Below, one piece after another: positions 24,327 through 38,395 of a stretch of DNA of 64,000 bases. The notes beneath the pieces were generated by a model. The model was not told where the DNA came from and did not search any database. It was given only the letters and a program-made list of their open reading frames with translations. The stretch's first letter is position 1. Each line of letters begins with the position of its first letter. The translations under genes were made by a program, and so were the position numbers. Origin of the DNA: Rhina ancylostomus (taxonomy: Eukaryota); NCBI GenBank assembly GCA_030265395.1, contig JARFYF010000012.1, forward strand, positions 18,306,620 through 18,370,619, written 5' to 3'.

Positions 24327-27300
24327 GTATGGCCACCTATTTAACACCTGCAATTTAAAAATTTATGCATGATTGGTGCTATTTTTATGGCTGTATTTGT
24401 GATATATAAATGTAACGTATTCCACGCCATGTAGAATTGCTAAACATCATACAGTTTCAGTAAGATAGTTATCATTTGAGGAGATGATGTGCTGTATTTA
24501 ATTAGGAAGATTTTAAAACTGCCCTGAGGATTGGTATCTAGATTTTTATTTTGGCGCATTTCAAAAATCATGCTTGGGTTGCTAGGAAACAGTTAAGACA
24601 TGAAACATCTTGCATCAAGTTTGTGATCAAATCCAAGTTAATTGATCTCATTATGGGAAGCCATATGATGCAATAATTAAATTCTTAAAACAGAAAAGGT
24701 AAAATCACTGTGGCCTGATTACCATCTAGCTCCTGATGAACATATTTAAATTCAGCACAGGACTTGCCTGTGATCTCTTCTGCAGCCTGCCTGGTGATCT
24801 GCCAATATCCACATACAATGTTGTCATTTTGTTGGGATACCGGAGTGCAATTGACACCCCACAGAACTGAACCCAGAAAGAAAGGATTCACTTTTGAGGG
24901 AGTTGGAGAGAAATAATTTTGTTCGACAAAATCAGCAAGGAATAAGACTTCAAATTGTTCTGTTTTGCATGTTCCAGTGCTTGTCAAATTTGATTTGTGA
25001 TTTAATTGGTTGATATTTAAAGTCTTTTGGAAATGCCATCATTGTTCTTGAAATTCAGCCTCAGGATTCCAATGAAAATTGTCTTTACAAATGTTTATTT
25101 TAAATGTGGTGAAAACTGTCTTCATCTTTTATAGGTTTTCTTCTTTGTGTTACTTACTATAATGATTGTGTAAATAATCAGTCATAGACGTGCTGGTGAT
25201 GAAGTGTAGGTTGGAGAAACAAAGTAAATTCCATCAAAAGAGTAGGCCATACAAGAAAGATATCACAAGATGGTGGATAGGAAGTTATTAGTGGACATTA
25301 TAATTACTACAAGCACTTCAAATCCATTTTGCTGAAAATGGTAACCTGAAAACCTGCTTAAGAATGTGTTTCAAGAATGATAAATTGAATTAATTTAGCA
25401 AAATGAATTGCATAAGGGAAATGGTATCCTGAGGAGACTTAGTGTGATAACCAATGAGGAAAAACCAAGCAAATAGTTTAACCCATATTGGAATGGAAAA
25501 TTGATGCAGTTTGGAAAGTGATACACACTCAGAGTTTTCAAAATGAAAACCAGCAGTCCATCTTATTGGAAAAAATGCCAAAAGCAATGTAAACCAACTA
25601 AAAATTAAAAAAAATTGCTTCAGTTTAAAAAGAAGATAAGAAAATGAGTATCAAGTGATTCAAGTTCAAAATGTACACTGAAACTGTAAGGACTAATAAG
25701 ATAGCAATAACAAAAGATTTCCTGGATGAAAGTGTCTCCTGGGATATATACTTGTGGCCATTAATTATATTAAGAAAAATCTTTTTATAACAATTCACAA
25801 ACTTTATTCAAAACAATATCCCCAGATGCACCTTGGAGAACTTAAAAAAAACATTTTATGAATTCCGCAATTGCCACCTTAATTCTCAGGAACACCGGTA
25901 TATAGAGAAAAACTATTTAAATAAAAATTAATCCCAGATGTTCACAGTAAACTTTAAAAGGCTTGCTTAACTTGTATAAGAAATGAAAACAGCAAATTTT
26001 GGGGAAACAGATTTATTAGCATTTTAATAAGAGAGATGAACTGACATTTATGTGGAGACTCATCATTCTGACAAGGGTGCCTTCTACTTGAGATGGTAAT
26101 TAATCATTTTTGGCATATCTCTGTTGTTCACTATTTCCTATTTTTATGTTGTACATTTTGACTTGCTGTGGTATTGCAGAAGGATGGGATGCATTGTATT
26201 CAATTTTGAGCTATGCAGGGACAACCCTTGCATCAAGGCACTTCCATCTAAATCTCAAATGGATAATAGTTATGCTACATCATGAAGGTGAGAAGCTGGG
26301 AAAGCAGACTTCTATATTTCTCTTTTTCCTTAAAAGTAGACTCTGATTAAAGGGGAAATGGGTTGCAAATGTAAAATGCAGAAACATGAACCTGGAGTTT
26401 GCAGTGAGAGCAGATTAAGGATTTCCATGTGTGCAGTTTAATGTTGAAATCTTATAGCTGCTTTTACTGATTTAGTCCTCCTTTATAGTCTCAACACTTC
26501 TGTAGCCTTCTTCAGAAGCAGGAGAAATCAGTAGAATTGTTGAACATTTCTAGTATTTATGAAGCAACTTCACCACAAAATCCCTTTATAATCTCAAGTT
26601 TTGTTGCATGCAGTTTGTGCTTTTACTGGTGCATTAATAATTACTAATTGCCCACAAAAAAATTGTACATATTTAGATTGTAATTCCCTCAAAAATATTT
26701 AAAAATGTAAGTGATTTATCATTGTTTTATGTTCTGTGATACTCCAATTTCTACCTTAATCTTGTAAGTATGTGCAAATCCAGGCCAGACCTTGCCCTGA
26801 CAGTTATCAACATTGGTTACCATTTCAGGAATTCTCTATAGTGTGAATAGGAGTTGAATCTTGTACAATTATAACAATTGTATATGCTAAGCATGTATTC
26901 ATTGCTGGAAAGGAAGATTTAGTCGAATACACAGTCACATTTGAAGCCTGGTTAGCAGTACAAGTATAAATATGGATTCTTCAACTTACATATGTTTGAT
27001 TTACAAACTTATGCCAGTGACTCTGCAGAGTACATGCCCTCAGTCTATGAATCTATTCTTTACTATAAAGCCTAGTTCTCCAGTCTCTGTCCAAAGGAAT
27101 ATACTGTACCAAAATCATTATGCAAATCAAGAAAAACAGCAGATGCTGGAAATCTGAAAAGAAAATGCTGGAAATACTCAGTCAGGCAGCATTCTGCAGA
27201 GGAAAACAGTTAACATTTCTGATCAATTACCCATCATCACAATTGTTGTTTTCTTGGAACACAATCCTTTGGCAAGTCTAAGAATACCTGTAGTTTACTC

Positions 27301-27399
27301 TTTTGAAGGTATGGTTTCAAACCCAGTTGTTATAAATCAAATCTGAGAGCACATTTGGTTTTACATTTTGATGATCTTCTGAAAATTAAACATATTTTT

Positions 27400-27860
27400 A
27401 GAAACATAGAAAATTAGAGCAGAAATAGACTTTTCAGATCTGCTCCACCATTCATTGCAGTCATGGCTGATTATCCACTTCAGTACCCTACTCCTGCTTC
27501 TTCCCAGCTTCCTTGGTCCCTTTAGTTTTAAGAAATATTTCTACCTCCTTCATGAATAATTTGGCCTCCACTACTTTCTGTGGTAGGAATTCCTCTGGGT
27601 AAAGACTTTTTTCCTGATCGCAATTCCAAATGACATATCCCATATCCTGAGGCTACAGCCCTGCTTCCTGACTTTCTAGCCATCTGGAACATCCTCCCCA
27701 GCCTCATCCTGTTAGGATTTTATTGATTTGTACAAGACTGCTTCTCATTCTACTAAATTCCAATGAATATGGGCCTAATTGCCCCAGTCTTGTACATCGG
27801 CCCTGCCATCCCTGTAATCAGTTTAATACTCCTTTCATTACAAGAACATCCCCAGATAAG
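27400..27860 (-). mobile_element. Decayed CR1 3' fragment
   Basis: agaaacatagaaaatt tail, ctgctccaccattca...tcatggctgat, ttctcattctactaaattccaatga. Confidence 0.65.
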
Positions 27861-29137
27861 AATTAAAATATCATGTGGGGTAGCATATGGAGAGCATAAA
27901 GAGCCACCGTGCTAAATGGCTACAAGAGAAATTACTTTGATGACAACAAAGATTACTTGTACTTGTTTTGCTGTGTTAAAGTCATTATACATCTCAAGGC
28001 ATTTCATGAGATGCTTCTCGACCATGTTGGACACTGAGCCAAATATTAGGGCAGTTCATCAAAAGATTGGCCAGAGAGAGAATTTGAGGAATATCTGAAA
28101 GGTGAAGAGAGGGAAAAGTGGAGAAGTTTAGGAAGGGAATTCTTGACCTTCAGGCCAAAACAAATTTATGCAGGAAAGGGGTTGAGGAGAAGAATAAGAA
28201 TTCGTTAAAAATTGTAGCACTGTACAATTGTTACCTGTTTGAAGTGAAAAATAAGTGAAATACAGTAATCTACATTGCATTTTTTTAAGTGTTGATTATA
28301 ATAATAGTCTTGGCCTAGAATTTTGCCTGTACTGTTTTTGGGTGTAAAAATGTTGTTGCATGTGTACCTAATTTTGATTGAAAACAATTTGATAGTGACA
28401 TTTGAAAAAAAGCAGCTTTATCGGGCTCTCTTGANNNNNNNNNNNNNNNNNNNNNNNNNNNNNNNNNNNNNNNNNNNNNNNNNNNNNNNNNNNNNNNNNN
28501 NNNNNNNNNNNNNNNNNNNNNNNNNNNNNNNNNNNNNNNNNNNNNNNNNNNNNNNNNNNNNNNNNNNNNNNNNNNNNNNNNNNNNNNNNNNNNNNNNNNN
28601 NNNNNNNNNNNNNNNNNNNNNNNNNNNNNNNNNNNNNNNNNNNNNNNNNNNNNNNNNNNNNNNNNNNNNNNNNNNNNNNNNNNNNNNNNNNNNNNNNNNN
28701 NNNNNNNNNNNNNNNNNNNNNNNNNNNNNNNNNNNNNNNNNNNNNNNNNNNNNNNNNNNNNNNNNNNNNNNNNNNNNNNNNNNNNNNNNNNNNNNNNNNN
28801 NNNNNNNNNNNNNNNNNNNNNNNNNNNNNNNNNNNNNNNNNNNNNNNNNNNNNNNNNNNNNNNNNNNNNNNNNNNNNNNNNNNNNNNNNNNNNNNNNNNN
28901 NNNNNNNNNNNNNNNNNNNNNNNNNNNNNNNNNNNNNNNNNNNNNNNNNNNNNNNNNNNNNNNNNNNNNNNNNNNNNNNNNNNNNNNNNNNNNNNNNNNN
29001 NNNNNNNNNNNNNNNNNNNNNNNNNNNNNNNNNNNNNNNNNNNNNNNNNNNNNNNNNNNNNNNNNNNNNNNNNNNNNNNNNNNNNNNNNNNNNNNNNNNN
29101 NNNNNNNNNNNNNNNNNNNNNNNNNNNNNNNNNNNNN

Positions 29138-29765
29138 GGACAAGGATAGGGAGGTCAGTGAGGAGCATGCTAATATGCTGGGGTATTTCGAGATAAAGGA
29201 GGAGGTAGTGTTGGGCCTCTTAAAGAGCATTAAGATGGGTAGATCCTGTGCCTGATGGGATATACCCCAGGTTATTGAGAGAGGCAAGAGATAAGATTGC
29301 TGGGGCCTTGACCAATATCTACATGTCCTCTCTAGGCACAAGTGAGGTCCCAGAGGCTGGCGAGTAGCTAATGTTATTCCATTATTCAAGAAGGGAAACA
29401 GGCATAATCCTTGTAACTCTAGACTGCTGAGTCTTACATTAGTGGTAGGGAAGTTGCTGGACAGGATTCTTAGAGTTAGGATTTATGAGCATTTGGAAAA
29501 CCACAGCCTAATTCGGGGCAGTCAGCATGGCTTTGTTATAAATGACCTGGATGAAAATGTACATGGGTGGGTTACTAAGTTTGCATGATACGAAGATTGA
29601 TGGTGTTGTGGATAACGTAGAAGACTAGCAAAGGATACAGCGGGATATAGATCAGTTGCAGATATGGGTGGACAAATGGCAGATGGAGGTCAACCTGGCC
29701 AAATGTGAAGTGTTGCACCTTGGGAGATCAAATGTAAAGAGACAGTACGCTGTTAATGCCAAGAC
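29138..29765 (+). mobile_element. CR1 RT fragment with internal deletion; 5' part in the N gap
   Basis: PDGIYPRLL, ANVIPLFKKG, SLTLVVGKLL and SQHGF motifs jump directly to INDLD...VTKFA and WVDKWQMEVNLAKCEVLHLGRSN. Confidence 0.85.
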
Positions 29766-29989
29766 TTACCCTTCTTCACTGGAAGTTACCGCATTCAGTA
29801 CTAGATGTACAAATCTCACTAATACATTTTATTGGTTTCAACTTGTAGCTATGCAGAGATTGATTTCTTAATTTGAGTAACTTTTTATTTTTGATGGGCC
29901 TAGTTTAATGCAGAGAAAAATAAACTGAAGAATATCATTTTAGATATCTTGCAAACACAGTAGAATTCACTTTGTTTCTTCACCTACAG

Positions 29990-30114
29990 GAGTGGTCTCC
30001 TTCCCACAATTTGAAGAGTTTGCGCAGAAAGCAGCTTGCAGTTCGAGAAGCCATGGCCAGACAAACTGTTGTTTCTGATACTGAAGCCAATAACGTTGAG
30101 TCGCCTATGATCAG
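29990..30114 (+). CDS. WDR11: WDR11 exon 15 (EWSPSHNLKSLRRKQLAVREAMARQTVVSDTE...MI)
   Basis: ctacag| acceptor, AG|gtaact donor, 125 nt. Confidence 0.95.
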
Positions 30115-30249
30115 GTAACTAAGAAAGACTAGCTGGGTACTGTTGATATTAGTAGGTTTAATTTTCCAAGATGGTGATGGCAGGGGGTATAGAAGGTAAC
30201 AGATGAGGGTTAGAAAAAATGGTTGCCAAGCCTAAGATGCATGAAGAAA

Positions 30250-31110
30250 GAATAACTTATGAATAAAGAAGTTTGAAGATGATACAAAAATTAGCTTTGT
30301 GGTTGACAGTGAAAGCTCTAAGTCGCAGGACAAGGCAGATGGTTTGGTCAGTTGGACAGAAAGTGGCAAATAGAACTTCACCTAGGGCAGTACAAGATGA
30401 GGCATTTGGAGAGATGGAACAAGGGATACACATTAAACTTCGGGGTTTTGAGTGGTGTTGAGGGACAGAGGGACTTAGGAGTGTATATCCACAGATCATT
30501 AAAGGTAGCATGACAGGTCAATAAGGTGGCTTAAAAGACATACAGGACGCTTTCCATTATTGACAAGGGTACAGAATACAAGAGTATGGGGTTATCATAC
30601 AGTGATACTTAGTCCAGAACCAGAGTACTATGTACAATTCAGGTCACCATATTATAAAAAGATGATTTGACTGCAGAGGACAAGGGGGAGATTTATGAGG
30701 GTCTTGCAAGGGCTGGAAAATTTTAGCCTAGAGAAAAGATACAGAGTTGTTTTCTTTGGAATAAAGGCTTAATTAAGCTGAATAAAATTGAGGGATCTTG
30801 GTAGAGTAAATAGGAAAGATTTATTTTGCTTATCAGAGGGATCAAAAATCAATGGTCATGAGTTCAAAGTAATTAGTAGAAGGATTAAAGAAAGATGATT
30901 TTTTTTCCACTTGGGTAGTAGGAGTCTGGAACTTGCTGCTTGACAGTGTGGTAGAAGCAGAAACCATCACCATGTTTAAAAAGTACTTGGTTGCATGTTT
31001 GAAGCATCTGACTACACACCACGTACTGGAAAATGGGATTAGTCTGGGAGGGTCTTTATCACTTGGGGTGGGGACAACAGATTGTGTCGCAAACCTTCTG
31101 TGATTTATGT
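30250..31110 (+). mobile_element. Decayed CR1 RT C-terminus and 3' UTR
   Basis: RDLGV and EYYVQFRSPY-like motifs, ggtcatgagttcaaagtaatt, CR1-like tail. Confidence 0.7.
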
Positions 31111-31558
31111 TGAATGCTTGATGAACATTGACTATAAAACTAGGGATAACTCAGTCTCCAAAATAACCATCTCTGAAAGAGAGTGCTCCCAGCAGTGAAG
31201 TACTACACTGGAATGTCAGCATAGATATTTGTGCTCCAGTCTATAGAGTGGAACAGTACTGATGATCCTTTTACAGTATTTTTCTCTGTTCAATGAGTTT
31301 CTTTGCCATTAGTTCTCATCCCACAGTGATCTTTTCCTTAGTGAAAAAATAAATCAAAAGTCCATTAGTTTTAATTCTGTTTCCAGTTCATCACTTTTAC
31401 TGCATTTTGCACCATGAGTGGTGGGTTCATGTTATCGATTTTCCTTGAAAAGTGATTTGACTCTTAAGTCCATTAAAATAGCCATGTATGAATTATTACA
31501 AGAAAGTTTAAGATGTATTGCCTATAAATTCACTAAATCTGTTATTTTAATTCTCCAG

Positions 31559-31706
31559 TTTACTGCAGGAGGCAGAAAGTAAAGCTGAATTTGGTCATAA
31601 CATCTCTGCACGGGAGCATTTTATATTTACTGACAATGATGGACAGACCTTCCATCTCACTGTGGAAGGAAACGTAGTGAAGGATGGGGTCAGAATTCCT
31701 CCTGAT
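31559..31706 (+). CDS. WDR11: WDR11 exon 16 (LLQEAESKAEFGHNISAREHFIFTDNDGQ...RIPPD)
   Basis: ctccag| acceptor, GAT|gtaagt donor, 148 nt. Confidence 0.95.
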
Positions 31707-33399
31707 GTAAGTACAATTAGGCCAATCTTGCCATGAACTAATGGGGTTATTTTGCGGACTGACTGAAATGCCATTAAATTGTATGATCCAGCAAATGGCC
31801 AACAGATCAAATTTATAATTAACCATCTGGTGTAATAAGAGCAGATGCATAATTTAGTTTTTCTCATAATTGAAACTAGGTGACGGTTGAAGACTAATAT
31901 TCTTGAAAAACAGTAACATGCAGGATAAGGGGTAGTTTATGCAGAACATTCATCTAGAGATGATCAAGTAAGCTGTGCCCAGCTGGTGAAAAGCTTAAGT
32001 TTGATTGCCAAATTTCCTTCCCTCCTGCTGTTCCCTTCATTCTTTTGAAATAAATGTGCTTTTGACGTACACTGATTTGTTCAGTAAGTTAGAAAAAGGC
32101 CTTTCACCTGAGCAGCCAGAGCTCAAATCCAGCACAGACTTTATGGATGAGAGTTGCCTCTGCTGTCTGTTTCTATAAAAGATTATAATATTAATCCTGT
32201 AGTTGTGCATGGGTTCATGGCAAAAGGTTGAACCAGATTGATGCTAAATAAGAAATCTCAGTCAAAGAATAGAGCTTCTGTTTGCAAACTTTCTTCAGCA
32301 CTGGCTCCAGACCTTTGCTGTGGGTTTGCAAGGACAAAGTTTAGCAAATCTGAAGAGTGTGAATATGTGCTGCTGAATGCATGAGTACCGTCTGTATAGC
32401 CAACACCGAGCCAAGTAAGCTTTCCAAATCACTTAATTCATTGGGGTCCTGGTTTTAGAAGCATATAAAGCTGGGTGGGATGAATCTAATTTCGAGTGAT
32501 GTTCCCTTTCTAACCAGTTCAACGGCACCTGCAGTGCTGCTGACTGCTTATTGAGAATGCCACAGTGGAGCAGCGAGATAATTGGCGTATGATTTGACAA
32601 AATAGTGAGAGGATATAATTAGTATTTTTCTGAAGTTGTGATTAAAATACATGCTGGGGTAGAGCCATTCTTCTATTTTATTGCTCAATTAGCAATTTGT
32701 CCAACAAAACAGAGGTTTGTTGTTGGGTCAGAGAGTCCTCTGTCCTATTAAGAGGGCCATTAACTGAGTAATGATAACTGAAGTGCTTGGGGTAGGAGTG
32801 AGGTATCTGCTTGGTTGGAATTGGTGCTTTCAATTTCATTCTGAGTTTAGATTTTTTTTCACATGCAACTGGGTTCAAGCAAATGCTGTTCGGAAGCTCT
32901 ATTTACAACATTGCTTTGGTTTGTTTAATTTGTTCTTCTTCAGATGAATAATGGTAAGATCTACCATCTCTAACAGGGAAGTTCAATAGGCAAACCCAGT
33001 GGCATTAAAATATAATTGGAAATAGAAGTGGAAGGAACTGCAGCTGGCTGAGTCACTAGGGCTTTAAAGGGCCAGTGCTCATGGCACAGACTATTTTCTG
33101 AAAAATCCTTCAGATTTCTGATTCTCTTGATAATTCTGCATGCATGCATAGCAACTCATTTTTCCTTTGTAGAGGAAGGTAATTTTATTGTATGAGTCTG
33201 CCACACTCAAGTAAAATTCAGTAATGATCTTGCTGTAAAAAAATATGAAATGCCGGTCTACTAGGATATATTCTAAAGGTTTGTTATGATGCTGCTGTGG
33301 TTACCAATTGTTTTTAAGGTCAAATTGCTTCATTTGATATTAAGCTCTTTGATACCCTGAAGCTAGGATAGGTGCTATATANNNNNNNNNNNNNNNNNN

Positions 33400-34500
33400 N
33401 NNATGCTTAGTGCAATCACCTGTTTCCCTAATCCCCAAAAACACCCCCAGGACACTTCACAACATTATCAAACAAATTTTGGCATCAAAAAGAAGGAACA
33501 ATAGGAATATTGGATTAAGGGATGAATCTTTGAAACCTTAGGAATTAAATTGATGATTTTTAATAATGAAGCAATTTAAAAATCAGAGCTGCTCGAACAG
33601 CCAAGATTAGAGCAGCAGATATATCTCAGTAGACACAAGGAAATTATGATGGTGGGTGGGGGCCATGGAAGTAATTGAAAATAAGGATGAGAATTTTGAA
33701 CTTGGAGTTGTTGTATATGAGAAGTTGCAAAGGTAATTGCCAAATACATTGAGTCAGGATGTGGGCAGCAAAGTTTTGGATGATCTCAAATTTATAGAAT
33801 GTATGAGGAATGAGACTAGACGGGGTGCATTGTCATAGTTAAGTTCAGAGATACCAAAGAACTGGATGAAGATTTCAGAAACAGTTAAGCAGTGGCAGGG
33901 AGGAATCATTCCCAGTGCTGTTGTGGAGATGAGATAAATATTCCTAGCCATGACATGGTATCACGACATGAAGATCAACTCAGGGTCTCATATGACACCA
34001 AGGGAGGGAGAGGGAATTTGTGATGGAGCCAGAAGGTAATGGCTTTGGTCTTCCCATAATTATTTAGAGAATTCTGATCACCAATACTAGAGAGTTAATC
34101 TGACAAGTTAGCAACAGTAGACAGAAGCAATGGTGATAAGCCAGAGGATGGTATTATCAATCTATGTTTGGAAACCAACATTGGGTTTTGAAGGATGTTA
34201 ACAAGGGCCAGTGTATAGATCACAATCAGAAAGGTTAAAATAAAGCTCTGCTTATTATCATACAGGAAGGTGATTTACTTACTGTGAATGGTTAAGCAGA
34301 AGGTTAGTTGCAGAGTGGTGAATTTGGAGCCAAATGCGAGAGAGTTGGGATTTGAGAATGTAATTAAAAGTGAAACGGGAGAGATTTTCCCTAGTGACAA
34401 ACAATGAAGGAAATTGGATTTGAAGAGGGTGTGATTGGTGAATTATACAAGGAGTGAACAAAGATATTGTCACAAAGTGAGATGATGGGAGGAATCAGAT
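33400..34500 (-). mobile_element. Old, highly decayed LINE (L2/CR1-like)
   Basis: Purine-rich + strand with L2-like phrases (gcagcaaagttttggatgatctcaaatt, cattgtcatagttaagttcagagataccaaag, ggatggtattatcaatctatg). Confidence 0.4.
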
Positions 34501-35675
34501 CATGTGAGATGGGGGTGATAAGTGGCAGAAAGTATAGGCAGGTGTCGAGGCTTCATTAATAAGTTTCCAGAATGTTTCTAATAATATGTGTATATGTAGG
34601 CCTCTCCATATAGAAACAGAAATATTTGTGTGCGTTAGTTTTGATGTATAATCCATATGTATGGAATGTTTCTTAAATGTAGTCTCTTAACTGTGTTGTG
34701 TTGACTGCATTCATTTTAATAAGGTTTTACACTGTCAGAGCGTTTTTGATGTTACAGGGACCCATGTGAATTTATGATAATAGTGCTTTCTTCAGTTCCA
34801 ATTGCAGTTTGATTTGTAAATTTATCAATTAGTATCTAAGTTTATTTAAGAAAGTGAGAAAAATACATGCCTTTCCAATGAAACAGCACTTGATCTTCAT
34901 TATGATATTCTCCAAGTGGAGCTGCATAATACTGTCAGCATAACTATACCTTAAATGCAAGTTACTGTAGAAGGTTTATTGTTGTTACTGCTTATGATTA
35001 TTGTAGTGGTGACTTCTGCTTTTATGGTTCTGTTCTGTTCTGATGGATATCAAGGGAAAAAAACATGTTATTCAAAATAATAGTATTCCTTTTCCAGTAA
35101 TGGGAAGCTGCTTAGTTAAATGAAAATAAGCCACCGGATGAATCATAAACTATTGTATAATTAACTTAATCCCAGAGAAGCTTGGGTATCCATGAATATA
35201 GCATTGTTGAAAGTCCAAGTGAACTTGTTGAAAAGTACAAAGTGCAGCCTCTGTCAAAGGAAATAAATTAACTTTCAAATTGCTTAAGAGTAAAGATGTA
35301 GAGCGTGGGCAAGAAGGCCCTCAGTGGAAACATAGTTTTAAAGAGAATAACAGTTCATCTTAAAGTATTGAGACGCATGTTGCGCCTGTGGGGGGAAAAA
35401 GTAGCCTTTCAGTCTCAAAATATTCTTAAAGTATACAGATAACATATATTGTAATATGGCTGCGTTTGAGCTAAAATCATTAAGTATGTAAGTGCTGTTG
35501 TAGGATTAAGCTCATAGTCTATTGCCATAGTCCCAAGTGCATGAAGACTGATGTCTACTAAAAGTGTTCAGTGTTTTGTAAACAAATATGCTAAGCTTAC
35601 ATCTGCAGTGTATGAGGTGAGTGATGTTTTCTTCTTGGACATTCGACTGTTGAAGTAACTCTCAACTAATTGCAG

Positions 35676-35782
35676 GGAGACATGGGCAGCATCACATGCA
35701 TTGCATGGAAGGGAGAGATGCTAGTGCTGGGAGACGTTGATGGAAATGTGAACTTTTGGGACGTAAAAGCTAGACTTGCAAG
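35676..35782 (+). CDS. WDR11: WDR11 exon 17 (GDMGSITCIAWKGEMLVLGDVDGNVNFWDVKARLA)
   Basis: ttgcag| acceptor, AG|gtaaat donor, 107 nt; WD40 repeat ending NFWD. Confidence 0.95.
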
Positions 35783-36613
35783 GTAAATGAATTTAGAACT
35801 TCTGAAGCATGGTGTCTAGTAATTAAATGTGTGACTGCCCTGAGCTGCCATCATATTTGAGCACTTCTGCTTCAGATGTGTTTGCCATCCTGTAACTCAA
35901 TAATGCAGGATCACCTGACTTGTTTGTGGTGACAAGGGAGGGAAATGAAGTCCATACCACTATTTTTCACGTCCATCCACCAAAATCTGTTGACGTTCGC
36001 AAGTTGCCCCGAGAAGATTCCAAGCTATGCACAATATCTGTCTTTGAGTAGTGGGCAGACAGAAAGGCATTTGGATGATCCACCCCTTGCCCCAGTCATA
36101 GATCTAGGTATTGCAGCTTTGCCCCACTTCATCATATCACTTCTTGACCAGAGAAATTAGAGGTGGAGACTTCCGCAGGGAGCAGCTCAGTTGCTGTATG
36201 GCCCATGCTGACACAGGTGTCGATGTCAACAAGTCATGCAGCCACAGCTTATACGTGATTGCAGAAGTGATGTCGTCTGCTTGTGGTTCTCTTGAGGAAT
36301 TAAGATATTTTTCTGGTGCAGTGCATCAAACATACAAATTAGGTGCAGGATATGGCCAATGGCTCATCAGTACCTCAACTCATTTCTGTTTAGCTGTAGT
36401 AACCTTGCACTTGCTTATCGAATATCTATTTACCACTGCCTTAAAAATGGCCACAACTCTGCTTCCACTGCCTTTTGAGGAAAAGAGTTCTAAAGAAGCT
36501 GTACTAGGTAGCAGACCCCTTATTTTTAAACAGTGACCCCCTAGTGCTAGATTATCCCATAAGAGGAAGCATCCTATCCAACTCCACTCTGTCAAGACTA
36601 ACTTTGTTACTTC

Positions 36614-36833
36614 CAGGTCCTCCCCAGTTTATGAACACCTGACTTAAGTACAGCCCATACATGCAAACAAGCATTTACAAGAGCAGTGAGATGGATTTGC
36701 CGGCTGCTGCGGGGCTGCAGGCATCTTCTGCCTTGTGGGAACTTGGTTCACAGCCGCATTTCTGACTTGCGAACTGTCTGGGTTACGAACGGCTCACAGG
36801 AATGGAACCCTGCCTTAACCTGGGGAGGACCTG
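36614..36833. mobile_element. MITE (Tigger/pogo-like non-autonomous DNA transposon)
   Basis: TIRs CAGGTCCTCCCCAG(t)TTA and TAA(c)CTGGGGAGGACCTG; TA target duplication not preserved. Confidence 0.7.
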
Positions 36834-36844
36834 AATTATGGCAC

Positions 36845-37180
36845 TGGAGAAGACCATTCAGCCAATCCAATTTATGCTGTTTCCTAGCAGAGAAATCCCA
36901 TTAGTCCCATTTCCTTTCTCTTTTCCCTTGAAGCCCTGCAAATTATTCTCTCTCCCACGCTCATCAACTTCCCTCTTGCTTTTTGCTTTGCCACTTGTCT
37001 ATACTAGGAAGTAATTTACAGTGGCCAGTTAATTTTCCAGCACACCTTTAGGATGTAAAATGAAATGGAAGGAACTAATGAAAACCAACTTGGTCACAAA
37101 AGAATGGGCAGACTTGACGTAGACAGTACTCAAGGTCAAGATCAAATCCAGATACCCAGAGCTGTAAGGCAGCACAACAG
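36845..37180 (-). mobile_element. V-SINE/HE1-like SINE
   Basis: Minus strand: tRNA-like head (gctgccttacagctctgggtatctggatttgatcttgacc), V-domain-like core (ttcttttgtgaccaagttggttttc...catcctaaagg), CR1-like tail. Confidence 0.65.
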
Positions 37181-38135
37181 CAATAAAATCCCTGAGGATC
37201 TCTAATGTTTCAACAAACATTTCAATTAAATCCCCTTTCACTCTTCTGCCTGTGCAATCTCTCCTCAAAAAAACTATCAACTCATTCCAGATATGTTTAG
37301 TAAACCTTCTCTGAACTGCTTCCAATGCATTAACGTCATTCCTTAGAAAGATAGACCAATACTACAAATGTGGTATCACCAATGCCCTATATAACTGAAG
37401 CATAACCTCCCTACTTTTCTACAATACCTAGCATTAAACTAAAATTCTATTTCATTTCCTCATTTACTAGTTGTACCTGCACATTAAACTTCAGTAAATT
37501 TTGCACCAATACATTTAGAAAATATGTTTTTAAATTTTACCTGCAAAAGAAAACGGTTTCAAATTTGCCCACATCACACATCATTTGCCAGCTCCTTGCC
37601 CACTTACTTACCCTTTCTATATCCCTTTTGAGCTTCTTTTATGTCGCCTTTGTAGCTTACTTTCCCAGCCGTCATTGGGTTATCAGCAAATTTAGCAAAA
37701 ATACCTTCGGTGCCTTAATCCAAATCTTTTATATAAAGTGTAAAAAAAATGCCTGTGNNNNNNNNNNNNNNNNNNNNNNNNNNNNNNNNNNNNNNNNNNN
37801 NNNNNNNNNNNNNNNNNNNNNNNNNNNNNNNNNNNNNNNNNNNNNNNNNNNNNNNNNATACCTTCGGTGCCTTAATCCAAATATTTTATATAAAGTGTAA
37901 AAAAAATGCCTGTGGCCCACAACTCATCACATCTTGGCAACTAGTAAAAAGCACATTAAGTCCTATTTTATTTCTGGTTAGCCAACCAATCTTTTATCCA
38001 GGTTAAACCGTGAATTATTCCTTCCAAACCATGAACTTTTATTTTCCCCAATAGGCTTTTATGTGGCCCTTTATCAAATACCTTCTGGAAACCTAAGTAT
38101 CCTATCCATTGGTTTCCCTGTATCCACAACACGAA

Positions 38136-38395
38136 CAGGCAAACACATGCTCTGCCTGCTCTTGTTATGGAAAATCGTTCTTACAGAATTCTCAAATCAC
38201 CACTCAAGCATTTGAGATATGGAATAAAATTCACTCTCATGGAATTTATGTGGAAAAATAAAGTTTTTCAACTTGTGTTTCTTGACGCATGCATAGGTAA
38301 TGCGCCTTTAAGTTATGGAAAATCGTGAGATAGCCATTTTTCCAGGAATGGACACTGGCCCCTCCCCCCAACCCCCATTACGTGAGGGTTGCCTG
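38136..38395. mobile_element. Second Tigger-like MITE
   Basis: Termini CAGGCAAAC... and ...GGGTTGCCTG; internal repeat ttatggaaaatcgt occurs twice; splits the host CR1. Confidence 0.5.

Noticed and set aside
28323-29389. Long ORFs of 266-323 aa (likewise 50026-50798 and 52229-53395)
   Set aside because: They are open only because they run through N gaps; the real flanks are intron or LINE sequence.
32085-32145. tRNA-like A/B-box sequence (gcctttcacctgagcagccagagctcaaatccagc)
   Set aside because: No cloverleaf; most likely the decayed head of a tRNA-derived SINE.
37701-37914. 57-bp near-identical direct repeat either side of the 100-N gap
   Set aside because: Typical unmerged overlapping contig ends differing at about one base; assembly artefact rather than biology.
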